Shown: in pieces, positions 30,493 to 41,308 of the stretch
How the letters are laid out: each line of letters begins with the position of its first letter
Numbering within the stretch: position 1 is the stretch's first letter
Source: Candidatus Latescibacterota bacterium
GTDB lineage: Bacteria; Latescibacterota; CBDEFO01
Assembly (NCBI GenBank): GCA_965248755.1
Contig: OZ252149.1
Span: forward strand, 320,001-384,000
Direction of reading: 5' to 3'
DNA length: 64,000 nt
Translations under genes and position numbers: made by a program
Notes under the pieces: generated by a model
What the model was told of the DNA's origin: nothing
Seen by the model: only the letters and a program-made list of their open reading frames with translations
Databases searched by the model: none

Positions 30493-32415
30493 ATGAACTC
30501 CTTATTTGCGGTTGTACTATCTATAGGCGCTTTTCTGTTGGCCTATAGATTCTACGGGACATATCTACGGGACAAGATATTAGGCCTGGGTGACAGCGAT
30601 AAGACCCCCGCAAATGAACTGAACGACGGAGTGGACTTCGTCCCAACCAGGCGCGTCGTCCTCTTCGGTCACCACTTTGCATCTATCGCCGGACTTGGCC
30701 CAATCATCGGTCCTGCAGTGGCCGTCTATTGGGGATGGCTGCCGGCCCTTTTGTGGGTGGTCTTGGGCACTATCTTTCTGGGAGGTGTACACGACTTTGC
30801 TGCTTTAGCCATCTCCCTCAGACACCAGGGCAGATCCATAGGCGATCTGACACGGGAGATAATAGGCGAAAGAGCCCGCATGCTATTCTTATGGATCATC
30901 TTCTTTTTGCTCACCTTAGCAATGGGACTCTTTGTCTTCGTAATCGCTGTCATATTCACCTTTCTCCACCCTGAAGCCATCATCCCCGTCTTCTCGTTAA
31001 TGATTATCGCCTCTCTTATAGGCACTGCGGTCTATAAATACCGTACGAGCTTGGGACCGGCGACCTTTGTGGGCTTGGCCCTTATGTTCATCTCCATCGG
31101 CGTCGGCGTATATAATCCCATCCCTGTCTATAAGTGGTTTCTGGAGCCTGAGGCTAGAACCGCTCTCGATACCGCTGTTGCATCGGGCGAATTGGCAGAT
31201 ACAAAACTAAAAGCGGCCAAGATGGGAGTGGGAAACGCCAACCTTCCGGGTCAAGCTGCAGCCTACTTCAAGCAGAAGGGACAGGACTCCTTTGCAGCCG
31301 ACGTTAACACCGCTGCTACCAACACCCGCACCTTCTGGATAGTAGTTCTTCTGGGCTACGCCTTTGTGGCCTCAGTTTTGCCCGTCTGGCTGCTCCTTCA
31401 GCCGCGGGATTACCTCAATTCCTATAAGCTCTATTTAGGCATGGCGGCAGTTATCGTGGGCCTGATAATCATGAATCCACAGATCGAGGCTCCCGCCATA
31501 AATCCCAACGCAGCCTCTGATGAATCCGCTGTACCATGGTTCCCCTTCCTCTTCATCACAGTGTCCTGCGGAGCCATCTCAGGCTTCCACAACCTGGTCG
31601 CATCGGGCACAACAGCCCGCCAGCTCCAGAACGAAAGAGACGCCCGTGCTGTCAGCTACGGAGCTATGCTGGCTGAGGGACTTCTGGCGACTCTGGTCAT
31701 CATGGCATGTGCAGCGACATTCAGCGCACGAGGCAAGCTCTTCACGGATGTCTACGGAACATGGAAGGCAATAAACGAGGGAGGCATCGGAGTGAAGCTC
31801 AACGCCTTCATCGAGGGCGCGGCGGTCTTTGTCTCACAACTCGGTGTAAGCGTTGAAGTTGCCGGCGTCTTTATCTCGGTGATGGTAGTCGCATTTGCGA
31901 TGACAACATTAGATTCAGCGACTCGTCTTTTGCGCTACAATATCGAATCCATAGGCGAAAGCGTGAAAATAGCCCCAATAACTAATCGCTACGTGGCCAC
32001 TTTTCTGGCCGTCGTAGCCATAGGCTTCTTCGGCCTTTTGAAGATTCCGACGGTAAGCGCAGCAGGACAGACCGTCTGGCAGCCTGCGGGGATAGTGCTT
32101 CTACTGCTCTTTGGGACAACGAATCAGCTACTTGCGGGCTTAGGTCTCCTTACGGTAAGCGTCTATCTTTTCAAATCCCGCAAACCCCAACTTTCGACTG
32201 TCCTGCCGATGGTCTTTATGCTGATCGTGACAGTATATGCGATGACCCTGAACATAATCAAGACAGGCAGAGCTGAACAGTGGATTCCAACTGCCTTAGG
32301 AACCGTAATATTAGCCTTAGCAATATGGCTGGTCATAGAAGGGCTGATCGCCTACAGGTCCTACTCCGCAGCCAGAGCAAAGGAGACTGAAGGCGTCGTG
32401 GAAGCGGCCAGTTAA
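30493..32415 (+). CDS. cstA: Carbon starvation protein A family transporter
   Basis: DGVDFVPT, GHHFASIAGLGPIIGP, LPVWLLLQPRDY, CGAISGFH. Confidence 0.95.
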   Translation: MNSLFAVVLSIGAFLLAYRFYGTYLRDKILGLGDSDKTPANELNDGVDFVPTRRVVLFGHHFASIAGLGPIIGPAVAVYWGWLPALLWVVLGTIFLGGVHDFAALAISLRHQGRSIGDLTREIIGERARMLFLWIIFFLLTLAMGLFVFVIAVIFTFLHPEAIIPVFSLMIIASLIGTAVYKYRTSLGPATFVGLALMFISIGVGVYNPIPVYKWFLEPEARTALDTAVASGELADTKLKAAKMGVGNANLPGQAAAYFKQKGQDSFAADVNTAATNTRTFWIVVLLGYAFVASVLPVWLLLQPRDYLNSYKLYLGMAAVIVGLIIMNPQIEAPAINPNAASDESAVPWFPFLFITVSCGAISGFHNLVASGTTARQLQNERDARAVSYGAMLAEGLLATLVIMACAATFSARGKLFTDVYGTWKAINEGGIGVKLNAFIEGAAVFVSQLGVSVEVAGVFISVMVVAFAMTTLDSATRLLRYNIESIGESVKIAPITNRYVATFLAVVAIGFFGLLKIPTVSAAGQTVWQPAGIVLLLLFGTTNQLLAGLGLLTVSVYLFKSRKPQLSTVLPMVFMLIVTVYAMTLNIIKTGRAEQWIPTALGTVILALAIWLVIEGLIAYRSYSAARAKETEGVVEAAS

Positions 32416-32473
32416 GCGTTTGCATACACTCTCCTGTAGCATGTGAGTATTAGCATATGACACCGGCTTTAAT

Positions 32474-32502
32474 GGCTCAGTCAAAATTGACTGGGCCTTT
32501 TT
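32474..32502 (+). terminator. Intrinsic terminator after cstA
   Basis: GGCTCAGTCAA / TTGACTGGGCC stem plus TTTTT. Confidence 0.8.
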
Positions 32503-32856
32503 ACTTGGGATCCATAAAACTCTTGGATTACAGGACAGGATGTGATATATTAAGTAGCTTGACAAAACTTATCGCATATAAGTAGACAAGGGCCTCTCTT
32601 GAGTCCCCGAGTCCCTGGCAATGACCGAAGGACGAAGCCAAGCAATGTAATGACGAGCACATCCCAGTGTCGTTGCGAGCGACACCCGATTGAATCTATC
32701 GGGGGGAAGCAATCTCACATAGATTGCCTCTCTCTTTATGCCTATTACTATTTTGGATCTCTATAATCTTGTCCAGATTATTTTGACCCCATACTTAATT
32801 GCAAGGAAGTAGGGCGAGGTTACCTCACCCTATATTCGAGGGAAATCACAAAACTT

Positions 32857-34170
32857 ATGGGAGCTAAATCAACAGAGTACAAATTCGACACAAGGGGCGA
32901 GCTGTCCTACGACGATATATTAGAGTGCGTTCACTGCGGGCTGTGCCTTTCCGACTGCCCCACGTATAGAATCCTGGGAAATGAGATGGACTCTCCGAGA
33001 GGGAGGTTATATCTCATAAAAGCCATGGCCGAGGACAAACTCCCCATTACCGAAAGACTGGACGAACATATCTATCTGTGTCTGGAATGCAGAGCGTGCG
33101 AGACAGCCTGTCCCTCAGGTGTGCACTTTGGAAGAGTTATGGAAAGTGCGAGGGATCAGCTTGAGCAGAGGAGACAAAGAGGTCTGATAAGCCGCACAGT
33201 AAGATATATAGGATTTCACAAACTGCTTCCCTCAAAAAAGATGATGTCCCTTTTGGGATTCGCGTTGAGATTGTATAAGATTTCGGGAATTCAGGCTTTA
33301 GTAAGGACTTCAGGACTGTTGAAGATACTCCCGGGGAATCTAGAGGTGCTTGAGAGCCTAACTCCAGATGTCTCAAAACTCAGGATGCAGCGTCCATTAC
33401 ACGAAGTCACAGGAGCCGTAAGTGAAAAGAAATGTAGAGTGGGCTTTCTATCAGGATGCATGATGGGCATCGTATTTGGAGAAGTAAACAGAACCTGTGT
33501 AAGGGTCCTTGCCGAAAACGGATGCGAAGTAATAGCTCCAAGAGATCAGACCTGCTGCGGCGCTCTGCACGCTCACAACGGTGAAAGAGAGAAAGCCAAA
33601 CAGTTAGCAACGCATAATATCGATGTCTTTGAAAAATTGGACGTGGAAGCGATTGTAGTCAACGCCGCAGGCTGTGGAGCGACTATGAAAGAGTACGGCG
33701 AACTTCTGAAGAACGATCCAGTTTATGCAGAGAGAGCTGAAGAGTTTAGTCGTAAGGTAAAGGACATATCGGAGTTTCTGTGCGAAATATCCTTCCGGCC
33801 GCCCGGAGGAGAGATCAAATCCAGAGTAGCCTATGACGAGCCGTGCCACCTACTTCACGGACAGGGGGTATCAGATCAACCCAAGGAACTTTTGAAGTCA
33901 ATTCCCGGTCTTGAGTTGGTCAGACTAAAGGAAGCCGATTGGTGCTGTGGCAGCGCAGGCATCTACAATATCTCAAATTGCGATGTCTCGATGGAAATTT
34001 TGGAAAGGAAAATAGCTAACATAGCCGCATCGGGAGCCGAGACAGTGGCCACCGGAAACCCAGGCTGCATGATTCAGATTAAGTACGGTCTTAAGAGAGC
34101 TAATCTCAACGTAGAGGTCGTTCATCCTGTAGAGCTTCTGGATAGAGCCTACAGCAATAGTAACACCTGA
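32857..34170 (+). CDS. glcF: Glycolate oxidase iron-sulfur subunit
   Basis: CVHCGLCLSDCPT, SPRGR, CLECRACETACPSGV, two CCG domains. Confidence 0.9.
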   Translation: MGAKSTEYKFDTRGELSYDDILECVHCGLCLSDCPTYRILGNEMDSPRGRLYLIKAMAEDKLPITERLDEHIYLCLECRACETACPSGVHFGRVMESARDQLEQRRQRGLISRTVRYIGFHKLLPSKKMMSLLGFALRLYKISGIQALVRTSGLLKILPGNLEVLESLTPDVSKLRMQRPLHEVTGAVSEKKCRVGFLSGCMMGIVFGEVNRTCVRVLAENGCEVIAPRDQTCCGALHAHNGEREKAKQLATHNIDVFEKLDVEAIVVNAAGCGATMKEYGELLKNDPVYAERAEEFSRKVKDISEFLCEISFRPPGGEIKSRVAYDEPCHLLHGQGVSDQPKELLKSIPGLELVRLKEADWCCGSAGIYNISNCDVSMEILERKIANIAASGAETVATGNPGCMIQIKYGLKRANLNVEVVHPVELLDRAYSNSNT

Positions 34171-34188
34171 CCTTTCAGGAGGCCCGCC

Positions 34189-35610
34189 ATACCCCGCCGC
34201 CGCAACGATCCCTGTCCCTGCGGCAGCGGAAAGAAATACAAGAAATGCTGTATGCTCAAGGAAAAGACATCAACTATAGTCCTCACCCATCATCTTCTCC
34301 GAAAGACTGCTGACCAAGTTCCAGACCTCCTTCTTGGCTACGCCAAAAAGATTTATGGTGAAGAAGCTATCTTTGAAGCCTGGGACGACTTCTGGATAAC
34401 GGAAATGGAACCAAAAGAGGATATTTCTAACAGCCCCTACCTTCAGTTGTTCACTCCTTGGTTTATGTACCACTGGTATCCTGGTGATGAGGAACAATAT
34501 AATCCTGACCTTCAATTTCCGTGCGAACACACGACCGTAGCCCAGTCTCTGCAGAAGAGGGGATGGAAACTAGATTCCTTCACAAAGAGGTATTTGGAAA
34601 ACGCACAAAGAGAGCCCTTGAGCTTTTGGCAGGTAGAAACACTTGACCCAGGGAAAGGGATACTGCTTAAGGACCTTGCTGTGGAGCGTGAGCATTTTGT
34701 CCGTGAAGTTTCTGGTTCCAAGACTCTCAAGAAGTGGGACATTATACTGGGACAGGTAGTTGGCTTGGATGGAGAATATACTTTGAGTGCAACTGGACCT
34801 TATTCGCTGACACCATCGAGGTTCAGAGAGTATATCACAGGATTCATCAACACAATTAGAACAAATCGTTCTTTTGCTGCTGTTGATCTGCTGGAATATG
34901 ACATCGACTTTCTAGCGCGCTATCACGAATGTGTTGAAGAAATTCTCAACCCGACTCTTCCAGAAATCAGAAATACCGATGGGGACAAATTAGTCTTCAC
35001 AACATCTAGATACACCTTTAAGCCTACTAACAGGGAAGACATAATACTGAAACTGAAATCAATGAGAAATATCGAGTATTATGGTGACAAGGAAGATGAG
35101 TCGGAATTTGCGTGGACTATTGAAAATAAGAAGAAGGCTATGATGCAGAGTGTAACCAAAGGAAACATTAAGGTTGGCTTAGACCATATACTTACTGACT
35201 GCAACAGCAAACCTCGTGATAAATACTTGAGAAACCGATTGGTGAAGAACCTTGGAGATTTAATTGAGCATATAGATACAACACACAAGCCATATGATTC
35301 CGATGAGCTTCCTGATGCATTGCCAGAAGCATCAGGAGAATCAAGCGCTCTCGACTTGGATATGCTACCAGAGGATGCCAGACGACAGATAGTAGAGTAT
35401 CTGGAGCAAGAGTATATGAACTGGACAGATCAAAGAATCCCTGCCTTACAAGACAAGACTCTGAGGGAAGCAGTAAAGACTCCTAAAGGCAGGGAGAAAG
35501 TGGTTGCTCTCATCAACGATAGGGAGAACTCTCAGCTCAGGACGCCAAACTCGCAGTTTGAATTTGATTTCAACAAATTAAGGGTAGAATTGGGGTTAGA
35601 AGTGGAGTAG
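34189..35610 (+). CDS. SEC-C motif protein with Xre/MbcA/ParS-like C-terminus
   Basis: In-frame RNDPCPCGSGKKYKKCC upstream of the track ATG (34252). Only candidate start is ATA 34189 behind AGGAGG. C-terminal W.D..IPAL...T.REAV. Confidence 0.7.
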   Translation: MPRRRNDPCPCGSGKKYKKCCMLKEKTSTIVLTHHLLRKTADQVPDLLLGYAKKIYGEEAIFEAWDDFWITEMEPKEDISNSPYLQLFTPWFMYHWYPGDEEQYNPDLQFPCEHTTVAQSLQKRGWKLDSFTKRYLENAQREPLSFWQVETLDPGKGILLKDLAVEREHFVREVSGSKTLKKWDIILGQVVGLDGEYTLSATGPYSLTPSRFREYITGFINTIRTNRSFAAVDLLEYDIDFLARYHECVEEILNPTLPEIRNTDGDKLVFTTSRYTFKPTNREDIILKLKSMRNIEYYGDKEDESEFAWTIENKKKAMMQSVTKGNIKVGLDHILTDCNSKPRDKYLRNRLVKNLGDLIEHIDTTHKPYDSDELPDALPEASGESSALDLDMLPEDARRQIVEYLEQEYMNWTDQRIPALQDKTLREAVKTPKGREKVVALINDRENSQLRTPNSQFEFDFNKLRVELGLEVE

Positions 35611-35675
35611 GATAAAACTGGAAACGAACTCTAACTTGAGCGATCTAACAACAGTGAAAAATAGAACTTCGCGCT

Positions 35676-37043
35676 ATGCCTGACCACGACCGATTGACAA
35701 GGAAAATGGAGGATATAGTCGGCTCTTCCAACGTCGCTCCTCCGTCCAAATTGGCACTTTACGCAGTGGACGGTATGTCTCCCCAAATAACCGTCTTCCC
35801 CGAAACGGTAGAACAAATATCAGACATTATGAAAATCGCATCCTGTGAGGACATGTCCGTCTTCCCGAGAGGCGGCGGAACAAAGATGCATCTGGGTGCT
35901 CCTCCACAGAGGATAGACATAGTACTTTCGACATTACGCTTGAACAGGATCATATTTCACGAAGTGGCAGACCTCGTGGCATCGGTTCAGGCTGGGATCG
36001 TGATGGATGATTTGCAAGCTCAGTTGAAAGAGAAGGGACAGTGCATACCCCTAGACCCTCCTTATTGCTCCAAAGCCACAATAGGAGGCATCATAGCGTC
36101 CAATTCGAGCGGACCCAAGAGGCTTTTGTACGGAACAGCACGCGATTTAGTGATAGGGACAAAAGTAGTGAGGGCCAATGGAGACATAGTAAATGCGGGG
36201 AGCAGGGTCGTCAAGAACGTAACTGGCTACGATCTTAACAAGCTTTATATAAGCTCTCGGGGAACGTTAGGAATTATAGTCGAGTTAAACTTCAAGCTCT
36301 ATCCCTTGCCGGAGTCAGAAGGATCGCTTATTGCCGGCTTTTCATCTATCGAGCCTGCGCTGAAATCCGCCTCCGAAATCCTATCATCACAACTAATTCC
36401 CAGCGCTATAGAACTTCTAAATTCCGCAGCATCTTCCGGCGTGTCAGAGCAGGCGGATATATCCATAAAAAAGGGCAACTTCCGCACGGAATCGAGGTTC
36501 GACCTCGTGGCCTCAGTTGAAGGGCTAAAAGAGGCTGTGCAAAGACAATTATCGGACATCAGCAAGATAATAGAGACCAAAGATCCGCTCCATATAGAAT
36601 GCATCGAAGGTAGTGAACATGAAAAGCTGTGGGACAGCGTGAGAAATTTCGGGAGGAAAGCAGAAGCAGAAATACCCATAATCTGCAAGGCGTCTGTTCT
36701 ACCTTCACACGTAGGCGATATATTAAGGGCCTCTGAAGATATATCCGAAAGATACGACACAGATATTCCGGCGATTAGCCATGCGGGTTCTGGCGTACTC
36801 TACATCTATCTTTCGGAATTAAGCGCGGAAACTGATGTGGTCGTTGAAGCCATAGTTGAGCTCAGGAGAAGGGCTTCCGATTCAGGAGGGAGTTTAGTAG
36901 TAGAATCTGCTCCTACACAGATAAAGGAAAAGATAGACGTATGGGGAAAAATGGGAGAAAACCTGGACCTTATGAAACTCATTAAGACCAAGTTTGACTC
37001 CAAGGGAATATTGAGTCCCGGAAGATTTGTGGGAGGGATATGA
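35676..37043 (+). CDS. glcE: FAD-binding oxidoreductase, glycolate oxidase GlcE-like
   Basis: RGGGTK, LDPP, ATIGG, VVKNVTGYDLNKL, FD..GILSPGRF. Confidence 0.85.
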   Translation: MPDHDRLTRKMEDIVGSSNVAPPSKLALYAVDGMSPQITVFPETVEQISDIMKIASCEDMSVFPRGGGTKMHLGAPPQRIDIVLSTLRLNRIIFHEVADLVASVQAGIVMDDLQAQLKEKGQCIPLDPPYCSKATIGGIIASNSSGPKRLLYGTARDLVIGTKVVRANGDIVNAGSRVVKNVTGYDLNKLYISSRGTLGIIVELNFKLYPLPESEGSLIAGFSSIEPALKSASEILSSQLIPSAIELLNSAASSGVSEQADISIKKGNFRTESRFDLVASVEGLKEAVQRQLSDISKIIETKDPLHIECIEGSEHEKLWDSVRNFGRKAEAEIPIICKASVLPSHVGDILRASEDISERYDTDIPAISHAGSGVLYIYLSELSAETDVVVEAIVELRRRASDSGGSLVVESAPTQIKEKIDVWGKMGENLDLMKLIKTKFDSKGILSPGRFVGGI

Positions 37044-37133
37044 TCTCATCTGGGTACCGTGAATGAAAAGACTTTTTAACAACTCCCCCGTTCTCAGTTA
37101 ATCGCCTCGCTTCATAAAAGGAATACAGTTAGA

Positions 37134-38273
37134 ATGTGTCAAAACGTTCACATTGGATTTAATTCAATAGAGAACTTGGGTGCAGAATTAGCTGGATTCA
37201 AACCTACCATAATACTTTTGGTTAGAGATAGAGTAGCTTATGAGATATCTGGTGCCAAAAGAGTATTAGACCCAGTATTGGAAAATTGTAGTATAGCAGA
37301 GTTTTACGATTTTGAACTATATCCTAAACTTCCCGATATTGAAAGAGGAATCAGTCTTTTTGGTGAAAATGATCCAGACCTGGTCATTGCCGTTGGCGGG
37401 GGAAGTGTTATCGATACGACAAAGTCTATTGCTATTCTTGCTAATCACTCAGGGTCCGCTGAACAATGCGTAAAAGGAGAACACTCCCTTTCAGATAGAA
37501 TCACACCATTAATAGCAATCCCCACTACAGCCGGCACAGGTTCGGAAGCAACACATTTTGCTGTAGTTTACAATGAGGGAGAAAAATATTCACTAGCCCA
37601 CCCAACTATTTTGCCAGACGTAGCTATTGTTGATCCTCAATTTACAAGGAGCTTGCCACCCTATCACACTGCATCTACAGGAATGGACGCATTGGCGCAA
37701 GCAATTGAATCCTATTGGTCAATTCATTCGACTTCAGAATCGAAGCGATACGCAGCTGCAGCAATTACTCTGATCATGACCAATCTTGAGACGGCTGTAA
37801 ATCATCCAGATGATACTTCAAGAGAATCTATGGCAATGGCTGCGCATTTAGCAGGTAAAGCAATTAATATCGCCAAGACTACCGCACCCCACGCAGTATC
37901 ATATCCAATGACCTCTTATTTTGACCTCTCACATGGCCACGCAGTGGGGTTAACTCTTGCTCGAATGATGGAATATAATACAGGTGTTACTCAAGACGAT
38001 CTGTTAGATAAAAGAGGAGTTGCTTATGTCCAGAAAACTCTTCAAGAGGTCGTCCAATTAACCGGTGCTAAATACCTCGGCGAAGCAGCAGGCAAAATTG
38101 ATGGTTTGATGACCTCAATTGGGCTAAGCACAAGATTGCATGAGCTAAGAATTACAAGAGAAGAGGACTTTGAGCTAATAGTTAAACATGGTTTTAATTC
38201 TCAGAGAGTAAGAAACAATCCAAGAGAATTAACAGAAAGTGCTTTACGCCGCATATTAGGTCAGATCAGATGA
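37134..38273 (+). CDS. Iron-containing alcohol dehydrogenase, phosphonoacetaldehyde reductase/HEP dehydrogenase-like
   Basis: GGGSVID, PTTAGTGSEATHFAV, ESYWS, KTTAPHAVSYPMT..HGHAV. Confidence 0.8.
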   Translation: MCQNVHIGFNSIENLGAELAGFKPTIILLVRDRVAYEISGAKRVLDPVLENCSIAEFYDFELYPKLPDIERGISLFGENDPDLVIAVGGGSVIDTTKSIAILANHSGSAEQCVKGEHSLSDRITPLIAIPTTAGTGSEATHFAVVYNEGEKYSLAHPTILPDVAIVDPQFTRSLPPYHTASTGMDALAQAIESYWSIHSTSESKRYAAAAITLIMTNLETAVNHPDDTSRESMAMAAHLAGKAINIAKTTAPHAVSYPMTSYFDLSHGHAVGLTLARMMEYNTGVTQDDLLDKRGVAYVQKTLQEVVQLTGAKYLGEAAGKIDGLMTSIGLSTRLHELRITREEDFELIVKHGFNSQRVRNNPRELTESALRRILGQIR

Positions 38274-38715
38274 AAGCTGTGTACGAATTATTAGACAAAC
38301 CGATGTTACTAATAGCAGATGGAGCGGGAACACTATTTGATTCGGGAGGTGTTATTCCGGCATATGCTTTTCAAGCCGCATTTGCTGCTATGGGATTGGA
38401 CCTAGATACTGATACAATCATGAAATATATGGGTAGGCAAAAACAAGAACATATTTCACTTCTGCTGAATGAGCCGGAACTTTTAGCTCAGTTTAAGACC
38501 AAGAATAATAGAAGCCCAGATGAGAGTGACGTTCAAACGCTCTATGCTGCCTTTAGAGAACTATTGTATCCTTCAGCTACAAAAACAGAAGAGATTGACG
38601 GTGTTAAGGATGCTGCCTATGGGCTTAGGGAAACAGGAATTCCCATTATTATGACTACTGGTTATGACAGGCGAATGGTTGAAGAAACCAGACGTACACT
38701 TCCCTGGCTTGACGA

Positions 38716-40062
38716 GGGTGTGTAAGGAAATTTGTGTAAATGGGGAAATGAGTTATATTAGTTGTCCACCATTTACATAAGGAGTTCTTACATGGACAAG
38801 CTAGACCCGAAGTTGATTGATGAGCTTTTGAAGGACTACAAGAAGCCGGAAGACATAATTGGTGAGGAAGGTCTTTTGAAGCAGTTGACGAAGGCGATTC
38901 TTGAGCGGGCTCTGGAGTCAGAGCTTACGTATGAGTTAGGCTACGATAAGAGTTCTCCAGAAGGGAGGAACAGCGGTAATTCGCGCAACGGTAGGAGCAC
39001 AAAGGGATTGAAGACAGATTATGGTGATCTGGAGATATCGGTGCCACGGGATCGGAACAGTCAGTTTGATCCGCAGATAGTGAGGAAGGGGCAGAGGCGA
39101 TTTACAGGCTTTGATGATAAGATACTGTCTATGTATGCCCGAGGGATGACCACACGTGATATACAGGCTCATTTGGAGGAGATATACGGTGTAGAGGTGT
39201 CCCCTGATTTGATATCGACTGTGACCGATGGGATCATATCAGAGGTGAAGCAGTGGCAGGATCGTCCTTTGGAAGGGGTGTATCCCATAGTATTCTTTGA
39301 TTCTCTGGTGATGAAGATTAGAGACGAAGGCCGGATCGTAAACAAGGCGGTGTATCTTGCGGTAGGGGTCGGTCTGGATGGGATGAAAGACGTTTTGGGT
39401 ATCTGGATTGCAAAGAGCGAGGGGGCGAAGTTCTGGCTGCAAGTTTTCACGGAGCTTAAGAATCGGGGGATGAACGATGTGTTGATAGCTTGCGTGGATG
39501 GTCTCCAGGGTCTTCCAGAGGCTATTGAATCCGTATTTCCCCAAGCAGAGGTCCAGCTCTGTATTGTCCATGTGGTGAGGAATTCCTTGAAGTTCGTGTC
39601 GTATAGGGATCGTAAGAAGATTGCCGCCGACCTCAAGAATATATACCGAGCCCCCACGGTAGAACAGGCTGAAGAGGCCCTTGGAGATTTTCAGGAGGCT
39701 TGGGACAGCCGTTATCCGATGATAAGTAAATCGTGGCAGAATAACTGGTCTCGGATCATCCTGTTTTTCGCCTACTCTGAAGAGATCCGAAGGGTGATCT
39801 ATACCACAAACGCCATCGAATCGCTTAATAACTCTCTACGGAAAGTAATAAAGAACAGAAATAGCTTCCCAAACGACGAGACAGCGATTAAGTTACTCTA
39901 TATGACACTCAAGAATATCAAGAAAAAATGGACGATGCCGATCAGGAACTGGAGCTTGGCCATTCACCAATTCTCCATCCACTTCGAGGGGAGATTTGGT
40001 ATAGAATAAGCCGAAAAGGGTACAGAAGAAAATCCCATTTACACAAAAAAACTGACAGACCC
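38716..40062 (+). mobile_element. IS256-family element
   Basis: 8-bp target duplication CTTGACGA (38708-38715, 40063-40070); imperfect IRs GGGT.TGT.AG...TTTGTGTAAATGGG. Confidence 0.95.
38762..40009 (+). CDS. IS256-family transposase
   Basis: NSRNG, VPRDR, CVDGL, QLCIVH, IYTTNAIES. Confidence 0.95.
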   Translation: MSTIYIRSSYMDKLDPKLIDELLKDYKKPEDIIGEEGLLKQLTKAILERALESELTYELGYDKSSPEGRNSGNSRNGRSTKGLKTDYGDLEISVPRDRNSQFDPQIVRKGQRRFTGFDDKILSMYARGMTTRDIQAHLEEIYGVEVSPDLISTVTDGIISEVKQWQDRPLEGVYPIVFFDSLVMKIRDEGRIVNKAVYLAVGVGLDGMKDVLGIWIAKSEGAKFWLQVFTELKNRGMNDVLIACVDGLQGLPEAIESVFPQAEVQLCIVHVVRNSLKFVSYRDRKKIAADLKNIYRAPTVEQAEEALGDFQEAWDSRYPMISKSWQNNWSRIILFFAYSEEIRRVIYTTNAIESLNNSLRKVIKNRNSFPNDETAIKLLYMTLKNIKKKWTMPIRNWSLAIHQFSIHFEGRFGIE

Positions 40063-40574
40063 CTTGACGATGTCTTAACAGGTTCTGTGACCAGTTCCGA
40101 TGTCAAGAAAGGTAGACCAGCGCCATTTATGATTTATCGTGCGCTCGAACTTGCGGAAGTTGACAATCCTGCTTACGGAGTAAAAGTTGGAGATACAAAA
40201 GTAGATATGGAAGCGGCGGATAATGCACACATGCCGGGTGTATTAGTTACCACCGGCACTCTTCCAGATAAAGAAGCGGCCGAGGCAGTAAACGAACAGA
40301 TTGGAAGAGAACATCTTATAGTTGCCAGTTTAGTAAACGTAATTGAATTTACACTTGATGAAACATTATCTGACCGAATAAGAACGCAGAACAGATAGTC
40401 AACACGATGCTTTATATTAGTTCATCTCTGCTTACAGATTCACTGACGGTACAAGAAAGGCCGATATGGGGAATCTGATTACTGATTACGCATACAGAAA
40501 CCAAAAAGGGAGGTTCTCCTCCCAGATCCAAAGAAGGAACGTACAGGTGACCGGTAAATGCTGACGATTAGGAA

Positions 40575-41219
40575 GTGAACACCTATTTGTCCGTAAAAGA
40601 CGAAAAATGCTTCAAATCCCCTAGCTCACATCCTGGCGGATTTCAAGCGAAGGATGAGGGCCTCTGGAGAACTGACCAGGGCACAGATCGAGTCCAAAAG
40701 GTAAGCGACGAGGGCAGTTCCCTACTTCTGAACCTTCAGACCGAATCCTACTGACCCGGCGGCATAACTTTTTCGGGCGACGACGGTGGATTTCCTCCAC
40801 ACTCGACCGGAGGATACTCAAAGTCTCACCTTATACGGCTCCACAATCAGGTCCTTTCCATCTGCCGAGCCCACGAGCAGGGGATCACACGGATTCAATG
40901 GAAAGAGGGGAAGCTCGGGGTCTCAAATCCGCCCTCTGCCACGATCTATCAACTCGACCCGGAAAACCTGTCGGTCCTCCAGTCATTCCCCGCGCCCGGA
41001 GGCAGACCTCACGGTATAACTTGGGAATCCGATTTCCTCTGGTGCGTTGAGACAAACCGTAGAGCCATATACGAATCCGACCTTCGAATCGGAGAGATCG
41101 TGGATGAAGTACAACTTAATGAATCAGACCCCGAATCATACAGACCGGCCATAAAAGACTGAGACTTCTGGCTCTGCGGCGCAGAAACTGCAACGCTTTG
41201 CAGGATAATCCGCCTATAA
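40575..41219 (+). pseudogene. Degraded beta-propeller (glutamine cyclotransferase-like repeats)
   Basis: FKSPSSHPGG, SFPAPGGRPHGITWESDFLWCVET across stops and frameshifts. Confidence 0.6.
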
Positions 41220-41308
41220 AACAAGTAAACAGTAGCTCCAGATATACTTAATCGGGGGATAGACAGGGCGACTCCTCTCAGCCCTGTCAGAAAAAAGGAA
41301 GGGAAAGG

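Larger units (their letters stand above)
38270..40398 (+). pseudogene. phnX: Phosphonoacetaldehyde hydrolase (phosphonatase)-like HAD enzyme split by IS256
   Basis: DGAGTLFD, MGRQK (Schiff-base Lys position), TTGY, GRPAPFM, VKVGDT. The halves rejoin as LPWLDDVLTG. Confidence 0.75.
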
